This document shows, one piece after another, positions 9,240 through 20,265 of a DNA stretch of 64,000 nucleotides (the stretch's first letter is position 1; every line of letters starts with the position of its first letter). Location of the stretch: the NCBI GenBank assembly GCA_963751275.1, contig CAVVTZ010000007.1:672001-736000 (forward strand). Direction: 5' to 3'. Under the pieces are notes generated by a model. The model saw nothing but the letters and a program-made list of their open reading frames with translations, searched no databases and was not told the origin of the DNA. The stretch is from an uncultured Gemmatimonadaceae bacterium (GTDB lineage: Bacteria; Gemmatimonadota; Gemmatimonadetes; Gemmatimonadales; Gemmatimonadaceae). The position numbers and the translations under genes were made by a program.

Positions 9240-10063
9240 CGCTGGCAGTAAGCGCAGAAGACCGTCGCGCGGCCGTCGATCGCGTCGGTAGTGGCGAGGT
9301 GCACGCCGCAGCGCTTGCAGGGCTTGCCGGCGCGGCCGTACGCGGCGAGTTGCGACGCGAATTCGCCGCGCTCGCCGGTGGCGTCGCGATAGTCGCGGAA
9401 GCTGGTGCCCCGCGCGGCGATCGATTCGCGCAGCACGCCGGTGATCGCGCCGTGCAGCGCCGTCGACTCCGCGGCGGTGATCGTCTCCCCCGCGCGCGAC
9501 GGATCGATCGAGGCGCGCCAGAGCGCTTCGGTCGCGTAGATGTTGCCGATGCCGGCGAGCCGGCGCTGGTCCATGAGGAGCTTCTTCACCGCCTGTCGGG
9601 ACCCCCGAAGAAGTCCCGATAATAGGGCCGGGGTGAACGAATGGTCAAGCGGCTCGGGGCCCAGTGCGCCCTCGTACTCCGCCCAGCGCGCGCGCGACAT
9701 GAGCATCACGGTGCCAAGTCGCCGAATGTCGCGATAGTGCAGGGTGCGGCCATCGGCGAGCGCGAAGGCCACGGTCGAATACTCGCGCTCGCGGTCCGGC
9801 AGGTCGCCCGCATCGATGATGAGCGCCCCCGTGAAGCGCGGCTGCACGACGATCCGCTCGCCCGTGCTCAGCTCGATCACCACGAGCTTCGCGCGGCGCA
9901 CGGTGCGCATGATATCCGCGCCGGCCACGCGCCGCTTGAGCGTGCTGGGCGACACTTCGCGCAGCACATCCGAATGCGTGACGGTCACACTCGTGATGCG
10001 TGCCCCGCTCACCGCGCGGTCTAACCCGCGCGCGATGGTCTCAGTTTCCGGGAGCTCGGGCAT
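9236..10063 (-). CDS. mutM: Formamidopyrimidine-DNA glycosylase
   Basis: N-terminal PELPE, AGIGNIYATEAL, C-terminal Zn finger CKRC..CAYCQ. Confidence 0.95.
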   Translation of the reverse strand: MPELPETETIARGLDRAVSGARITSVTVTHSDVLREVSPSTLKRRVAGADIMRTVRRAKLVVIELSTGERIVVQPRFTGALIIDAGDLPDREREYSTVAFALADGRTLHYRDIRRLGTVMLMSRARWAEYEGALGPEPLDHSFTPALLSGLLRGSRQAVKKLLMDQRRLAGIGNIYATEALWRASIDPSRAGETITAAESTALHGAITGVLRESIAARGTSFRDYRDATGERGEFASQLAAYGRAGKPCKRCGVHLATTDAIDGRATVFCAYCQR

Positions 10064-11327
10064 TGCGCCGCAGTTCGCGCCATCCGATGTCGGTGCGGAA
10101 CTGCTTGCCGTCGAATTCGATCGCGGCCGCCGCCTCGGCGCTCGCCTGCTGCGCCGCGAGCAGGGTGTTCGCGGTGGCGGTCACAGCGAATACACGGCCG
10201 CCCGCGACGATCAGTTGGCCGCTCGCATCCACGGCGGTGCCCGCGTGGAAGATCGTGACTCCCGGCGACGGCGGGGGAAGCGTGATGCGCGCACCCTTCT
10301 TCGGCGCGTCGGGATACCCGCTGGACGCGACGACGGTGGTCACCGCATGCTCGTCGCGCCACTTGAGCGTGCCGCTGATCGGCCCGCCGCGCGCGATCGC
10401 GAGCAGCGGCGAGAGCAGATCGCTCTCGAGCAGGGGAAGGATCGCTTCCGTTTCCGGATCGCCGAAGCGCGCGTTGAATTCCACCACGCGCGGGCCGCGG
10501 TCGGTGAGCATCAGCCCCGCATACAACAATCCGGTGAACGGCGCGCCGCGCACACGCATCGCGGCGAGCGTGGGCGCGATCACGCGTTCCATCACTTCGT
10601 TTACTAATGCCTCAGTTGCTACTCCCACCGGCGCGTACGCTCCCATGCCGCCGGTGTTCGGACCCTCGTCGCCGTTGAGCAGGCGTTTGTGATCCTGCAC
10701 GCCGAGCATCGGGATCGCGTTCGTGCCATCAGTCAACGCGAAGAGCGAGAGTTCCTCGCCTTCCATGTATTCCTCGACCAGCACTTCGGCGCCCGCTTCG
10801 CCGAACGTCTTCGTGGAGAGCATCGACACCGCGGCGCGGTCGGCTTCCTCCATGGTCATGCACACGATCACGCCTTTCCCCGCCGCGAGCCCCGATGCCT
10901 TGATCACCACCGGCGCGCCGAAACTGCGAATGGCGTGCAGCGCGCCGTCGAGCGTGGTGTGCCGCTCCGCGCGCGCGGTGGGCACGCCAGCGTCGAGCAT
11001 CAGCTCCTTCGCGAATGCCTTCGAGCTTTCGAGACGCGCCGCCGCGGCGGTGGGGCCGAACACGGGCAGCGACGCCGCGCGGAATGCATCCACGATCCCG
11101 GCGGCGAGCGGCGCCTCGGGGCCCACGAATGTCAGATCCGGCTTCTCGCGCCGCGCCAATTCCACGAGCGCCGGCACATCGTTCGCCGCGAGTTCCAAGC
11201 AGCGCCCCATGCGCGCGAGCCCCGGATTGCCCGGAGCGGAAACGATCTCGATGCCCGGATGACGCCGCGCCAGCGACCAGGCGACGGCGTGCTCACGGCC
11301 GCCGCCGCCCACGATCAACACCTTCAT
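10041..11327 (-). CDS. purD: Phosphoribosylamine-glycine ligase
   Basis: GGGGREHA, GLAAGKGV, QDHKR, GPNTGGMG, EFNARFGDPE. Confidence 0.97.
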   Translation of the reverse strand: MKVLIVGGGGREHAVAWSLARRHPGIEIVSAPGNPGLARMGRCLELAANDVPALVELARREKPDLTFVGPEAPLAAGIVDAFRAASLPVFGPTAAAARLESSKAFAKELMLDAGVPTARAERHTTLDGALHAIRSFGAPVVIKASGLAAGKGVIVCMTMEEADRAAVSMLSTKTFGEAGAEVLVEEYMEGEELSLFALTDGTNAIPMLGVQDHKRLLNGDEGPNTGGMGAYAPVGVATEALVNEVMERVIAPTLAAMRVRGAPFTGLLYAGLMLTDRGPRVVEFNARFGDPETEAILPLLESDLLSPLLAIARGGPISGTLKWRDEHAVTTVVASSGYPDAPKKGARITLPPPSPGVTIFHAGTAVDASGQLIVAGGRVFAVTATANTLLAAQQASAEAAAAIEFDGKQFRTDIGWRELRRNARAPGN

Positions 11328-12310
11328 TTCTGCGGAGGTTCTCCCGGCGAGCGGAACGCGCCCGACACGAGGTCGCCGATGTTCTTCACCGCGGCGGCCA
11401 CTTGATCCACCGCGCCGCGCGCCTGTTCCCGATAATGCGCGCCGGCCTCGGCGTAGTCCTCGCTCAGCGGCCGCTTGTCGGCGGCGCCGCGGCGCTGATA
11501 CTCGCCGCCCAGGATCCGGTCGTACCCGCCGCTCTCGATCCAGCGCTGCAGCTCCGCCGCGCGCACGGTGCCGAAGGGATGCGTCTGGAAGGCGACGTTG
11601 AGCAGCTTGAGCAGCGTGTCGAAGGCGCTGCCGGTGGTCTCGTAGTCCTTCGCCTGTACGAGGAACTCATCGAGGCTCGTGGTGTCGCCCTCGTTCGCGC
11701 CGCCGGAGAGACGGAGGAAGACGCGCATCGACGCGAGCGGATCCTGCGTGGCGAGCAGACCCGCGCGGTCGCTTGAGAGTTCCGCCTTGCGGTACCACTC
11801 CATGAGCGCGAGCTGCACTGGGAGCGCAATGAGGCCGAGTCCCGGCACGGCGGTGAAGCCGAGGCGCAGGATGAGCAGCGCGATAGTGGTGTACGTCGCG
11901 TGGCCACTCATGACGTGGCCGAGTTCGTGGCCGAGGATCACGCGCTTCTCGTCGTCGTCGAGCAGCGTGAGCGCGCCGCTGTTGATGACGATGAACGGCT
12001 TGTCGAAACCGACAGCCATCGCGTTGGCGATGGGAGTTTGCGCGACGTAGAGATCGGGGCGCTCCTGCCAGTCGAGCGATTCGAGCACGTCGTCGTAGAG
12101 CGCGTTGAGCTTGGGCCGCTGGCGCGGACCGACTTTCATCGCGCTCGCGGTGAAGAGCAGGCGCACGCCGCGCTCGCCGATGATCGCCATGATCTTGCGC
12201 ACGAGTTCGTCGAAACCGGGGATCGCGCGCAGCGTGTTGAGGGCGGCGCGGTCGGCGGGATGCTCCCACGACGCGGGGGCGATCTGGGTGAGGACTTTGC
12301 GGGCGGCCAT
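11324..12310 (-). CDS. M48-family zinc metallopeptidase
   Basis: WEHPADRAAL, GHELGH, AELSSDRAG, THP; start MAARKVLTQ. Confidence 0.88.
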   Translation of the reverse strand: MAARKVLTQIAPASWEHPADRAALNTLRAIPGFDELVRKIMAIIGERGVRLLFTASAMKVGPRQRPKLNALYDDVLESLDWQERPDLYVAQTPIANAMAVGFDKPFIVINSGALTLLDDDEKRVILGHELGHVMSGHATYTTIALLILRLGFTAVPGLGLIALPVQLALMEWYRKAELSSDRAGLLATQDPLASMRVFLRLSGGANEGDTTSLDEFLVQAKDYETTGSAFDTLLKLLNVAFQTHPFGTVRAAELQRWIESGGYDRILGGEYQRRGAADKRPLSEDYAEAGAHYREQARGAVDQVAAAVKNIGDLVSGAFRSPGEPPQK

Positions 12311-12324
12311 GGAACGCTCCGGTC

Positions 12325-13494
12325 TCAGAGGACGGCGAAGGAATATTCGACGTCGGCCAGGAGATCGGCCACGTCTTCCACGCCACACGAGAGACGGATC
12401 AGCCCCTCGGTGATGCCCATCTCCGCGCGCCGTTCGATGGGCACGGAGGCGTGCGTCATCGAGGCGGGATGACTGATCAGACTCTCCACTCCTCCCAACG
12501 ATTCGGCGAGGGAAAAGATTCGCGCGCGGCGAAGCACTTCGTCGGCCTTCGCCTTGGATCCGGTCTCGACGCTGATCATGCCGCCGAAGCCGGACATCTG
12601 CTTCTTCGCGAGCGCGTGCTGCGCGAAGCTCGGGAGTCCGGGATAGATGACGCGCTCGGGGCCGAGCTTCTTCGCGAGCCAGTCGGCGATCACGCGGCCG
12701 TTCGCGTCGTGGCGCGGCATGCGGAGGTGCAGCGTTTTCGTGCCGCGCAGGGCGAGCCAGCAATCGAAGGGACCGGGCACGGCGCCGGCGCCGTTCTGGA
12801 TGAAGTGCATGCGCGCGGCGAGGTCATCGTCATTGAGCAGTACGATGCCACCCACCATGTCGCTGTGGCCGTTGAGGTACTTCGTGGTGGAGTGGAAGAC
12901 GATGTCGGCGCCGTATTCGATGGGGCGTTGGAAGTACGGTGTCGCGAACGTGTTGTCGACGATGAGCAGCGCCTTCGCCTTGTGCGCGACCTCGGCGGCG
13001 GCCTTGAGATCGGTGATCCACATGAGGGGATTCGTCGGCGTCTCGACGAGCACCGCGACTGTTTTCTTCGTGCAGGCATCGGCGATCTTCTGCGGGTCGC
13101 GCGTGTCCACGAAAGAGAACTCGATGCCGAAGTTGCGGTAGATCTTGTCGAAGAGGCGGAAGGTGCCGCCGTAGACGTTGCTGCCGCAGACGATGTGATC
13201 GCCGGATTTGAATAACTTCATTAACGAATCCACACTTGCGACGCCGCTCGAGAAGGCGAGGCCGTGGCGCGCCCCTTCCAGCGCCGCTACGTTCCGCTCG
13301 AGGGCTTCGCGCGTGGGATTCTGGGTGCGCGCGTATTCGTATCCTTTGTGCTCGCCGAGCCCCTGCTGCACGTACGTCGACGTCTGATAGATGGGCGGCA
13401 TGATCGCGCCGCTCATGGGATCGGGGCGCTGGCCGGCGTGGATCGCGCGGGTGCCGAAGCCCTTGTTCAGATCGTCGTCGAAGACTTTGGTCAT
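12325..13494 (-). CDS. Cystathionine gamma-synthase/lyase (Cys/Met metabolism PLP enzyme)
   Basis: PIYQTSTY, YEYARTQNPT, HSTTKYLNGHSD, LAESLGGVESL. Confidence 0.93.
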   Translation of the reverse strand: MTKVFDDDLNKGFGTRAIHAGQRPDPMSGAIMPPIYQTSTYVQQGLGEHKGYEYARTQNPTREALERNVAALEGARHGLAFSSGVASVDSLMKLFKSGDHIVCGSNVYGGTFRLFDKIYRNFGIEFSFVDTRDPQKIADACTKKTVAVLVETPTNPLMWITDLKAAAEVAHKAKALLIVDNTFATPYFQRPIEYGADIVFHSTTKYLNGHSDMVGGIVLLNDDDLAARMHFIQNGAGAVPGPFDCWLALRGTKTLHLRMPRHDANGRVIADWLAKKLGPERVIYPGLPSFAQHALAKKQMSGFGGMISVETGSKAKADEVLRRARIFSLAESLGGVESLISHPASMTHASVPIERRAEMGITEGLIRLSCGVEDVADLLADVEYSFAVL

Positions 13495-13540
13495 TCGGAG
13501 AATGTGGAATGAGTGAGCGGAATCTAGCGCGGGCGGCGGC

Positions 13541-14615
13541 GTGACGCACCCGGCCGCGCACATGGATCGGCGCTGTCTGATCGTGGACGACGAGCCGTCG
13601 CTGCGCAGTGCGCTGCGCCGCGTGATGCAGGGGGAAGGATTCACCTGCTTCGAGGCGAGCTCCGGCTCCGTGGCGCTCGACGTGCTCGACAGCGAGGACG
13701 TCGCGCTGGTGCTGAGCGACGTGCGCATGCCGGAGATGAGCGGGCCCGAGCTGCTGCGCGAAGTACGTTCGCGCTACCCGGACATGGCGATGGTGATGAT
13801 CACCGCGGTGGCAGAAGTGGAGATGGCGGTGAGTTGCTTGTCGATGGGGGCGATGGATTACATCACGAAGCCGTTCCTCGATCGACGAAGTGCGGGCGCG
13901 GGTGGCGCAGGCGATGGAGAAGAGGCGGCTCCTTCTCGAGAACCGCGAGTACCAGGTGCGGCTCGAGGACAAGGTGAAAGTGCAGCAGGACCGGTTGGAG
14001 TCATTGTTCCTCGCGGGGATCCAGTCGCTGGCGGACGCGCTGGAACTCAAGGATCCGTACACTCGCGGGCATTCGGTTCGAGTGAGCCGGTTCGGGTCGG
14101 CCACTGCGCGTGAAATGGGAATGGACGGGGATTTCGTGCACAGCGTCGCGCTCGGCGGGCATCTGCATGATGTGGGGAAGATCGGCGTGCGGGAGGACGT
14201 GCTGAACAAGCACGGGCCGCTCACGGAAGAAGAGTATGCGCACGTGATGACGCACCCCGTTCTGGGATGGCGGATCTTGCGGCCGCTGCTGAGTGATAAT
14301 CCGGTTCCGCTGAATGTGGTGCGGCATCATCACGAGCGGATGGACGGGCGCGGGGTGCCGGATGGGCTCGGCGGATCGGACATTCCCGTGGAAGCGCGCA
14401 TCATCGCGGTGGCGGACGCGTTCGATGCGATGATGTCGCGGCGGCCTTACCGGAACGGGCTGGAATATCGGGACACGATCATCGAACTGCGGACGGCGGC
14501 GGGGGCGCAGTTCGACCGGGAGGTCGTTGATGCGTTCGTGTCGGTGGCGAAGAAGGGGGAATTGCTGCCGCCGGATGCGGTGGAAGGGCGGGCGGTTCAG
14601 GACGGGAGAGTCTAG
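13541..14615 (+). CDS. Response regulator with HD-GYP domain (one frameshift near 13880)
   Basis: Receiver (IVDDE, SDVRMP, YITKPF) in 13541 frame continues as KDPYTRGHS, LHDVGK, HHERMDG in 13890 frame. Confidence 0.85.
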
Positions 14616-14616
14616 C

Positions 14617-14671
14617 AACCCGAACTCCGTGATTCGAACCCCGAACGCCGTGAGGCGTGAGGCGTGAGGCG
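14617..14671. repeat. 21-bp-period CCCGAACKCCGT pair plus (CGTGAGG)3 heptamer
   Basis: cccgaactccgt 14619, cccgaacgccgt 14640, cgtgagg x3 14649-14669. Confidence 0.8.
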
Positions 14672-14729
14672 AACTGACTTCACTGCGTGGGTCACCACGT
14701 GTCAGGAACGCGGCAGCGAGGAGCTAGAG

Positions 14730-15596
14730 TTACTTGCAGGCAACGTAGGTCGCGCCCGCCGTCGCGGTGAATTGCCCCGACACCCAGATCGTCATCGCGC
14801 CCCTTCCATCCGCGATGAGCGTGTCCGTCACGCCGGGCCACACACTGGTACCGCCGCTGTCGTGCGCGGCGGGGACGTTGTATTCCAATTCGGCGTCGTA
14901 CATGCTGCTGTTATGCACAGTGAAGCGCGTGTCACACAGGTACGTCAGTTGAACCTCCGGTGGCTCCGCCGACTGCGGCACGTCCATCCCGTATGCTCTC
15001 CGCACGCACTTCGCGAGATTGCGAATCTGCTCGGGCTCCGACTGTGCGATGCTCATCGAATCGAGCACCTTGGCGACGGCGCGCAGCATCGGCGGTGATT
15101 GCGGAGGGCCGGGCGGGGGAGTGTCGTTGTAGGATGTGACCCGGCAACCGGGCCATGTCGGTCCGAGCAGCTCCGCATAGCCCACCGAGGGCGGGAAGCC
15201 CATCGCGGGCTGGTACTGTCCGAGCACGACGAGGAGCGCAGTGACTCGCGCCTGGAGCGTCGCGTTGCGATTGACCGCGACCGCTTCGGCGGCGGCGAGC
15301 AACAACGGGGCGCGATGCTGGATCGCGTCGCTAAGCAGGTCGTGAAGGTGCGCCGTGTCACTCTCGTTGACAGACCGTCGCAATGCGTTGGCGAGGACCG
15401 AATCTCCGAATGCGCCGCAATACGCGATCATCCCGCTGGCGAAAGGGAAATCCTTGCTGCGTTGCGCAGCGTTCCATTCCGCGGCTGCACGAGAGCACTC
15501 CGCGGCCGTCGGCGTCGGCGGTGAGAACAGTTGAGCGTCGGCGATCGATGTCCCGATTACCATGAGAACCAGCGCCAATGGGACGATTATGCGCAT
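14730..15596 (-). CDS. Secreted Cys-containing hypothetical protein
   Basis: Signal peptide MRIIVPLALVLMVIGTSIADA; six Cys; visibly more AT-rich codons than neighbours. Confidence 0.65.
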   Translation of the reverse strand: MRIIVPLALVLMVIGTSIADAQLFSPPTPTAAECSRAAAEWNAAQRSKDFPFASGMIAYCGAFGDSVLANALRRSVNESDTAHLHDLLSDAIQHRAPLLLAAAEAVAVNRNATLQARVTALLVVLGQYQPAMGFPPSVGYAELLGPTWPGCRVTSYNDTPPPGPPQSPPMLRAVAKVLDSMSIAQSEPEQIRNLAKCVRRAYGMDVPQSAEPPEVQLTYLCDTRFTVHNSSMYDAELEYNVPAAHDSGGTSVWPGVTDTLIADGRGAMTIWVSGQFTATAGATYVACK

Positions 15597-15598
15597 CG

Positions 15599-16994
15599 CT
15601 ACCTCTGGATCTGGATCCGGCTCGGTTGCTTGTATACGGATAGACGCGCCTGGCACCAGCGTTGCACATCCTCTTCGGTCACCGATCCCACGATCTCCAG
15701 CGCGATGTCGTTCTCGCGGCTCGGATCCGGGATGGCGCGAGCGGTCACTGACTTCACGCCTGGCATCTCGCGCACGACCTGCTCGATCTCGCGCGGGTAG
15801 ATGTTGAACCCATTGCGCGTGAACATCGGCTTGATCAGGCCCGCGAATGTCACGACGCCGTCCTTGTCGATAGTGCCCTTGTCTCCGGTGTGCAGCCAGC
15901 CGTCATTCACTTGCAGGCCGTGCTGGCCGCCGCTCACGTAACCGCGGAACACGTTCTCGCCGCGCACGCAGATCTCGCCGTTGTGGATCGCGACTTCCAC
16001 GCCGGGGAAGTGCGCGCCGAGGGTGCCGATGCGGTTCGGTTGCGAACGGGCGGTTGAAGAGACAGACGGGGGCCGCTTCGGTGAGACCGTAGCCTTGGCG
16101 CAGCGGCAGGCCGGTCACGCGCTCCCAGCGCTCCTGCAGTTCCACGTCCATTGGCGCGCCGCCGCAGAGGCATGCGGGGCGTGAATTCGTGCTGAGAGTG
16201 CCGCCGTCGCGCTCCAGGACGATCAGCAGCCCGTGGAAGATGCTCGGCACACCACAGATGACCGTCACGCCCTCTGTGCGGATCAGCTCTAGCGCACGCA
16301 CCGGATTGTAGCGCGGCAGGGTGACGACACGGCCGCCCGCGAGGAGCGGCGCCACAAGCGTGACGGTGAAGCCGAACAGATGCGCGAAGGGGAGCGCGGC
16401 GAGTGCAACAGTGTGCTCATCCATCGTGATCGCCTCGACGCATGCGTGCGCGTTCGCGAGGAGATTCCGGTGCGTGAGGATCGCGCCGAGCGGCACGCCC
16501 GCCATCGCGGAGGTGTAGACGATCGCCGCCTCCTCGTCGCGGCCCGGCGCATCCATCTCGCCCTCGAGTGCGAGCCCGCTGTGCGCGCCGAGGTCCACCG
16601 TCTTGTCCGAATCGCCGATCACGACGCGCGCGTGCGCGGGCGCGTCGTCGAGCAGCACGCGCGCGAATCCGGCGGGGAGCTTCGGCTCGAACGCGGCGAT
16701 GGTGAACACGACGCCCACGTTCGCATCGTGCAGCTGATGTTCGACCTCGGCCGGGGCCGCGAGCGGATTGATGAACACCGCGCCGCGGCCATCGCTCGCG
16801 GCGAGCGCCACGAGGAACGCGGGAGAAGTAGGAAGGAGCAGGGCTGAGCGTTTGCCGCTCAATGCGCGCACGAGCGGCGCGCTGCGCTGGAGCAATGTGA
16901 CGCCGGCCGCCACCAACGATCGCGCCGTCTGCCCGTCCACCTTCCCGCCGCGCGCCGCGGCCGCGAGCGGCACCAGCGCCAGCGGGTCGCTCAC
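15599..16994 (-). CDS. AMP-binding acyl-CoA ligase family protein (frameshift near 16030)
   Basis: [16 protein letters not shown], then [32 protein letters not shown] in second frame. Confidence 0.85.
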
Positions 16995-18724
16995 AACTCG
17001 AAGCGGGTCATCACTCCCTTGAGCCGCGTGGCGATGTCCGCCAGGTGCTGGCTCGACTCGGTGATGTGCTCCATGCTCGCCGTCTGCTCCTGCACCACGG
17101 CGCTCACCTGCTCGCTCGTGCTCGCGTTCTGCTCGGCGACGATGCTCACCGCCTCGATCTCCTTCGCGAGCGTCTCCGATTCACGCTTCTGCGCGTTCGC
17201 GAACTCGGCGATCCGCGCCACCGCCTCGCGGCTCCCCTCGATCTCGGCGGCGATCTGCGTCAGCGTGCCGGTGCTCGCGCGGATCACGGCTTCGCCGGCG
17301 CCGACGCTGGCACTTACATCGGTAATTCGCTCGGACATGCGCGACGACACGCGCTGCATCTCGTCCGCGAGCTGCCGGATGATCTCGAGCGCGCGGCCGG
17401 ATTCCTTCGCCAACTTCCGGACTTCCTCGGCCACCACGGCGAAGCCGCGCCCGTGCTCGCCGGCGCGCGCCGCTTCGATCGCGGCGTTCAGCGCCAGCAG
17501 GTTGGTCTGCCGCGAGATCGCGGCAATGGTGTCGGTGATCTGCGAGATGCGCACGGACTTCTCGGTCAGCTCGGCCACTGCCGGCACGGCCTCGCTCGTC
17601 ACGGACGAGATGTTCGACATGCTCTGCAGCCCCGCCTCGGCGGCGCTCGCGGCGCGCTTCGCACTGTGCGTCACCGTGTCGGCGGCCTGCTGCGCGCGCG
17701 TGGCGTGCTGCGCCACGTCGTGCGCGCGCGTCGCCACGCGGCTTGACACGGCCACGATGTTCTGGATGCCGGTGGTCTGCTGCGTCGCGGAACTCGCGAT
17801 GGTCTGTGCGGCGCCCGACACTTCCTGCGTGCTCGCGCTCATCTCCTGGGCGCCGGCGGCCAGCTGGTCCGCGGTGGCGGCCACTTCGCTCGCCCCCGCC
17901 TCCACGTCGCGCAGCAGCTCGCGGAGGCCCGCGGTCATCTTGCGGAAGGCGTCGGCGAGATCGCCGATCTCGTCGCCCGAGCTGTATGAGATGTCGTGGC
18001 GGAGATTGCCGCGCGCGACTTCCTGCGCGTGCTGCACCACGATGTCGATCCCCGCGGTCATGCGGCGCGCCACCACGATGGAAACGAAGAGCGCGCCCAG
18101 CAGGATGATCAGTGGGATCGGCGCGATCTCGAGGAAGATCTTCGCCAGGCGGCCGAGGTAGTCCTCGGCGTTCAGCGTGACCACGATGAAGCCGGCGGGA
18201 GTGCCGTTGGCACGGAGCACCGGCGCGCCGGCGGCGAGTTCGCGTCCGCCCTCGCCGGCGTAGAGGCTGCTGGCGCCGGCGTGGCCGATGGCGAGCGAAT
18301 CGGCGAGGCCGGGGGGCGCGGTCCAGAGGGTGCTGTACTGCGGTTGTCCCGCGATCCACGACGAGTGCGCGAGGTAGCGGTACTGCGTGCCGGTGGAGGT
18401 GACGAGCGACATGCCGTTGGTGAGTTCGCTCACATCGCCGCCATTCGCGGTCCACATGCGGCTCATCGTTTCGCGGGTGTGGACGAAGGCGGCGGTGTTG
18501 CGGCCGAAGTTCGCGATGGAGTCGACGGCGCTCGCGGGAATGGCGACGGCGGCGCTCGCGGCGATGGCGGAGAGGCGCTGGCCGTTGAGGGTGGTGAGGG
18601 TGGCGCGGCTGGCCAAATACACGGGCGTAAGAACGAGCACCAGCGTCGCGAGAACGGCGGCGGCGCTGATGATGGCCATCTTCCAACGCAACGGAAGGCG
18701 GTTGAGCGAGCGGCGGAGAGCCAA
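16991..18724 (-). CDS. Methyl-accepting chemotaxis protein
   Basis: 2 TM, HAMP ([10 protein letters not shown]), [34 protein letters not shown]. Confidence 0.95.
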   Translation of the reverse strand: MALRRSLNRLPLRWKMAIISAAAVLATLVLVLTPVYLASRATLTTLNGQRLSAIAASAAVAIPASAVDSIANFGRNTAAFVHTRETMSRMWTANGGDVSELTNGMSLVTSTGTQYRYLAHSSWIAGQPQYSTLWTAPPGLADSLAIGHAGASSLYAGEGGRELAAGAPVLRANGTPAGFIVVTLNAEDYLGRLAKIFLEIAPIPLIILLGALFVSIVVARRMTAGIDIVVQHAQEVARGNLRHDISYSSGDEIGDLADAFRKMTAGLRELLRDVEAGASEVAATADQLAAGAQEMSASTQEVSGAAQTIASSATQQTTGIQNIVAVSSRVATRAHDVAQHATRAQQAADTVTHSAKRAASAAEAGLQSMSNISSVTSEAVPAVAELTEKSVRISQITDTIAAISRQTNLLALNAAIEAARAGEHGRGFAVVAEEVRKLAKESGRALEIIRQLADEMQRVSSRMSERITDVSASVGAGEAVIRASTGTLTQIAAEIEGSREAVARIAEFANAQKRESETLAKEIEAVSIVAEQNASTSEQVSAVVQEQTASMEHITESSQHLADIATRLKGVMTRFEL

Positions 18725-18732
18725 TGAACTAC

Positions 18733-18756
18733 TCGGGAATCGGGAGTCGGGAATCG
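18733..18756 (+). repeat. (TCGGGAR)n heptamer tract
   Basis: tcgggaatcgggagtcgggaatcg; exact reverse complement at 20266-20289. Confidence 0.85.
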
Positions 18757-18868
18757 CTAACTGCCACTGCCTCTATAGACGCATTCCCTAGCCCCTCCGA
18801 AACCTCCTCCGTGCTTGATTGTCTCTAGTGCGGCGGTAGGTTTCGAGGCGGTCTTCATAGGGGAGAGA

Positions 18869-20233
18869 GTGGACGATCGGTTGATGGTGAGTGTCTCCGG
18901 GGTCCGGGGACGGGTGGCGGAGGGGCTCACGCCGGAGGTCGTCGCGCGGTATGCGGCGGGGTTCGGGGCGTGGGCGGTGGGGCAGGGCGCGAGCCGGAGC
19001 GTGGTGGTCGGGCGCGACTCACGTGTGTCAGGGCCGATGTTTCATCGCGCAACGGTCGCGGCGCTGCAGAGCATTGGCGCGAATGTGATCGACGTCGGCA
19101 TGGCGCCCACGCCCACGATCCAGCTCGCGGTGGAGCACCATCGCGCGGCCGGCGGACTCGCGATCACGGCGAGCCACAATCCCATCGAGTGGAACGCGCT
19201 CAAGTTCATCGGACCCTCCGGATTATTCCTGGACGGCGCCGAGAGTGCGGCCATGCGCAAAGTGGCCGACGGCGAGATCCCGCGTGCCACGTGGGACAAG
19301 CTCGGCATTGTGACACTCGATTCCAGCGCGATCGCGCGGCACATCGACGCGGTGCTCGCGCTCAAGGTGATCGACGTCGCGAAGATCCGCGCGCGGAAAT
19401 TCAACGTGGCGCTCGACTGCGTGCGCGGCGCCGGCGGCACGATCATGCCGCTTCTCCTCGAGCGGCTCGGCTGCACGGTGACCGCGATCAATCTCGAGAC
19501 CGACGGGAAATTCCCTCGCGCCCCCGAGCCCGTGGCCGCGAACCTCGGCGAGCTCGAAGCGCTCGTGATCCAGTCGAAGGCCGACGTCGGCTTCGCGACC
19601 GATCCCGATGTGGACCGTCTCGCGCTCGTGAGCGATGCCGGGAAGGCGATCGGCGAGGACTGGACCTTGGCTCTCGCCGCGCGCGTGGTGCTCCGCACGC
19701 GCAAAGGCCCGCTCGTGGTGAATCTCTCCACGAGCCGCATCATGGACGATGTCGCGAAGGAGGCCGGCGCGAAGGTGATCCGCGCCCCCGTGGGCGAGGT
19801 GAACGTCGCCGTGCGCATGCGGAAGGAGAAGGCGGCGATCGGCGGCGAGGGCAACGGCGGCGTGATCCTTACGGAACTGCACCTGGGCCGTGACGCCCCG
19901 GTCGCCGTGGCCCTCATCTTGCAAATGCTAGCCGAGACACAGGAGAAGCTCTCGGTCATTGTGTCGCATTATCCGAGTTATGCGATCGTGAAGGACAAGC
20001 TCGACCGCCCGAAAGCGCCGCTGGACGCCGTTTACTCGTCCTTGAAGACGGCGTTCGCGGACGCCGAGTCCGACACGCAGGATGGCTTGAGGCTCAGCTG
20101 GCCCGACCGCTGGGTGCATATCCGGCCGAGCGGCACCGAGCCGATCGTGAGGGTGATCGCCGAAGCGCCAACGGAGAAAGCAGCGAAGGAGTTGATCGCG
20201 AGAAGTCGTGCCCCGCTCGACGCGCTGAAGTAG
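18869..20233 (+). CDS. glmM: Phosphoglucosamine mutase
   Basis: SVSGVRG, TASHNP, DPDVDR, GGEGNGG, RPSGTEP; upstream of glmS. Confidence 0.88.
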   Translation: MDDRLMVSVSGVRGRVAEGLTPEVVARYAAGFGAWAVGQGASRSVVVGRDSRVSGPMFHRATVAALQSIGANVIDVGMAPTPTIQLAVEHHRAAGGLAITASHNPIEWNALKFIGPSGLFLDGAESAAMRKVADGEIPRATWDKLGIVTLDSSAIARHIDAVLALKVIDVAKIRARKFNVALDCVRGAGGTIMPLLLERLGCTVTAINLETDGKFPRAPEPVAANLGELEALVIQSKADVGFATDPDVDRLALVSDAGKAIGEDWTLALAARVVLRTRKGPLVVNLSTSRIMDDVAKEAGAKVIRAPVGEVNVAVRMRKEKAAIGGEGNGGVILTELHLGRDAPVAVALILQMLAETQEKLSVIVSHYPSYAIVKDKLDRPKAPLDAVYSSLKTAFADAESDTQDGLRLSWPDRWVHIRPSGTEPIVRVIAEAPTEKAAKELIARSRAPLDALK

Positions 20234-20265
20234 GTTGGTTGTGATGGAATAGTCCAAGTCCACAT

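Noticed and set aside
13860..13900. Programmed frameshift in the HD-GYP gene (likewise CarH and ABC ATPase)
   Set aside because: No slippery heptamer evident, and indels are widespread in this assembly
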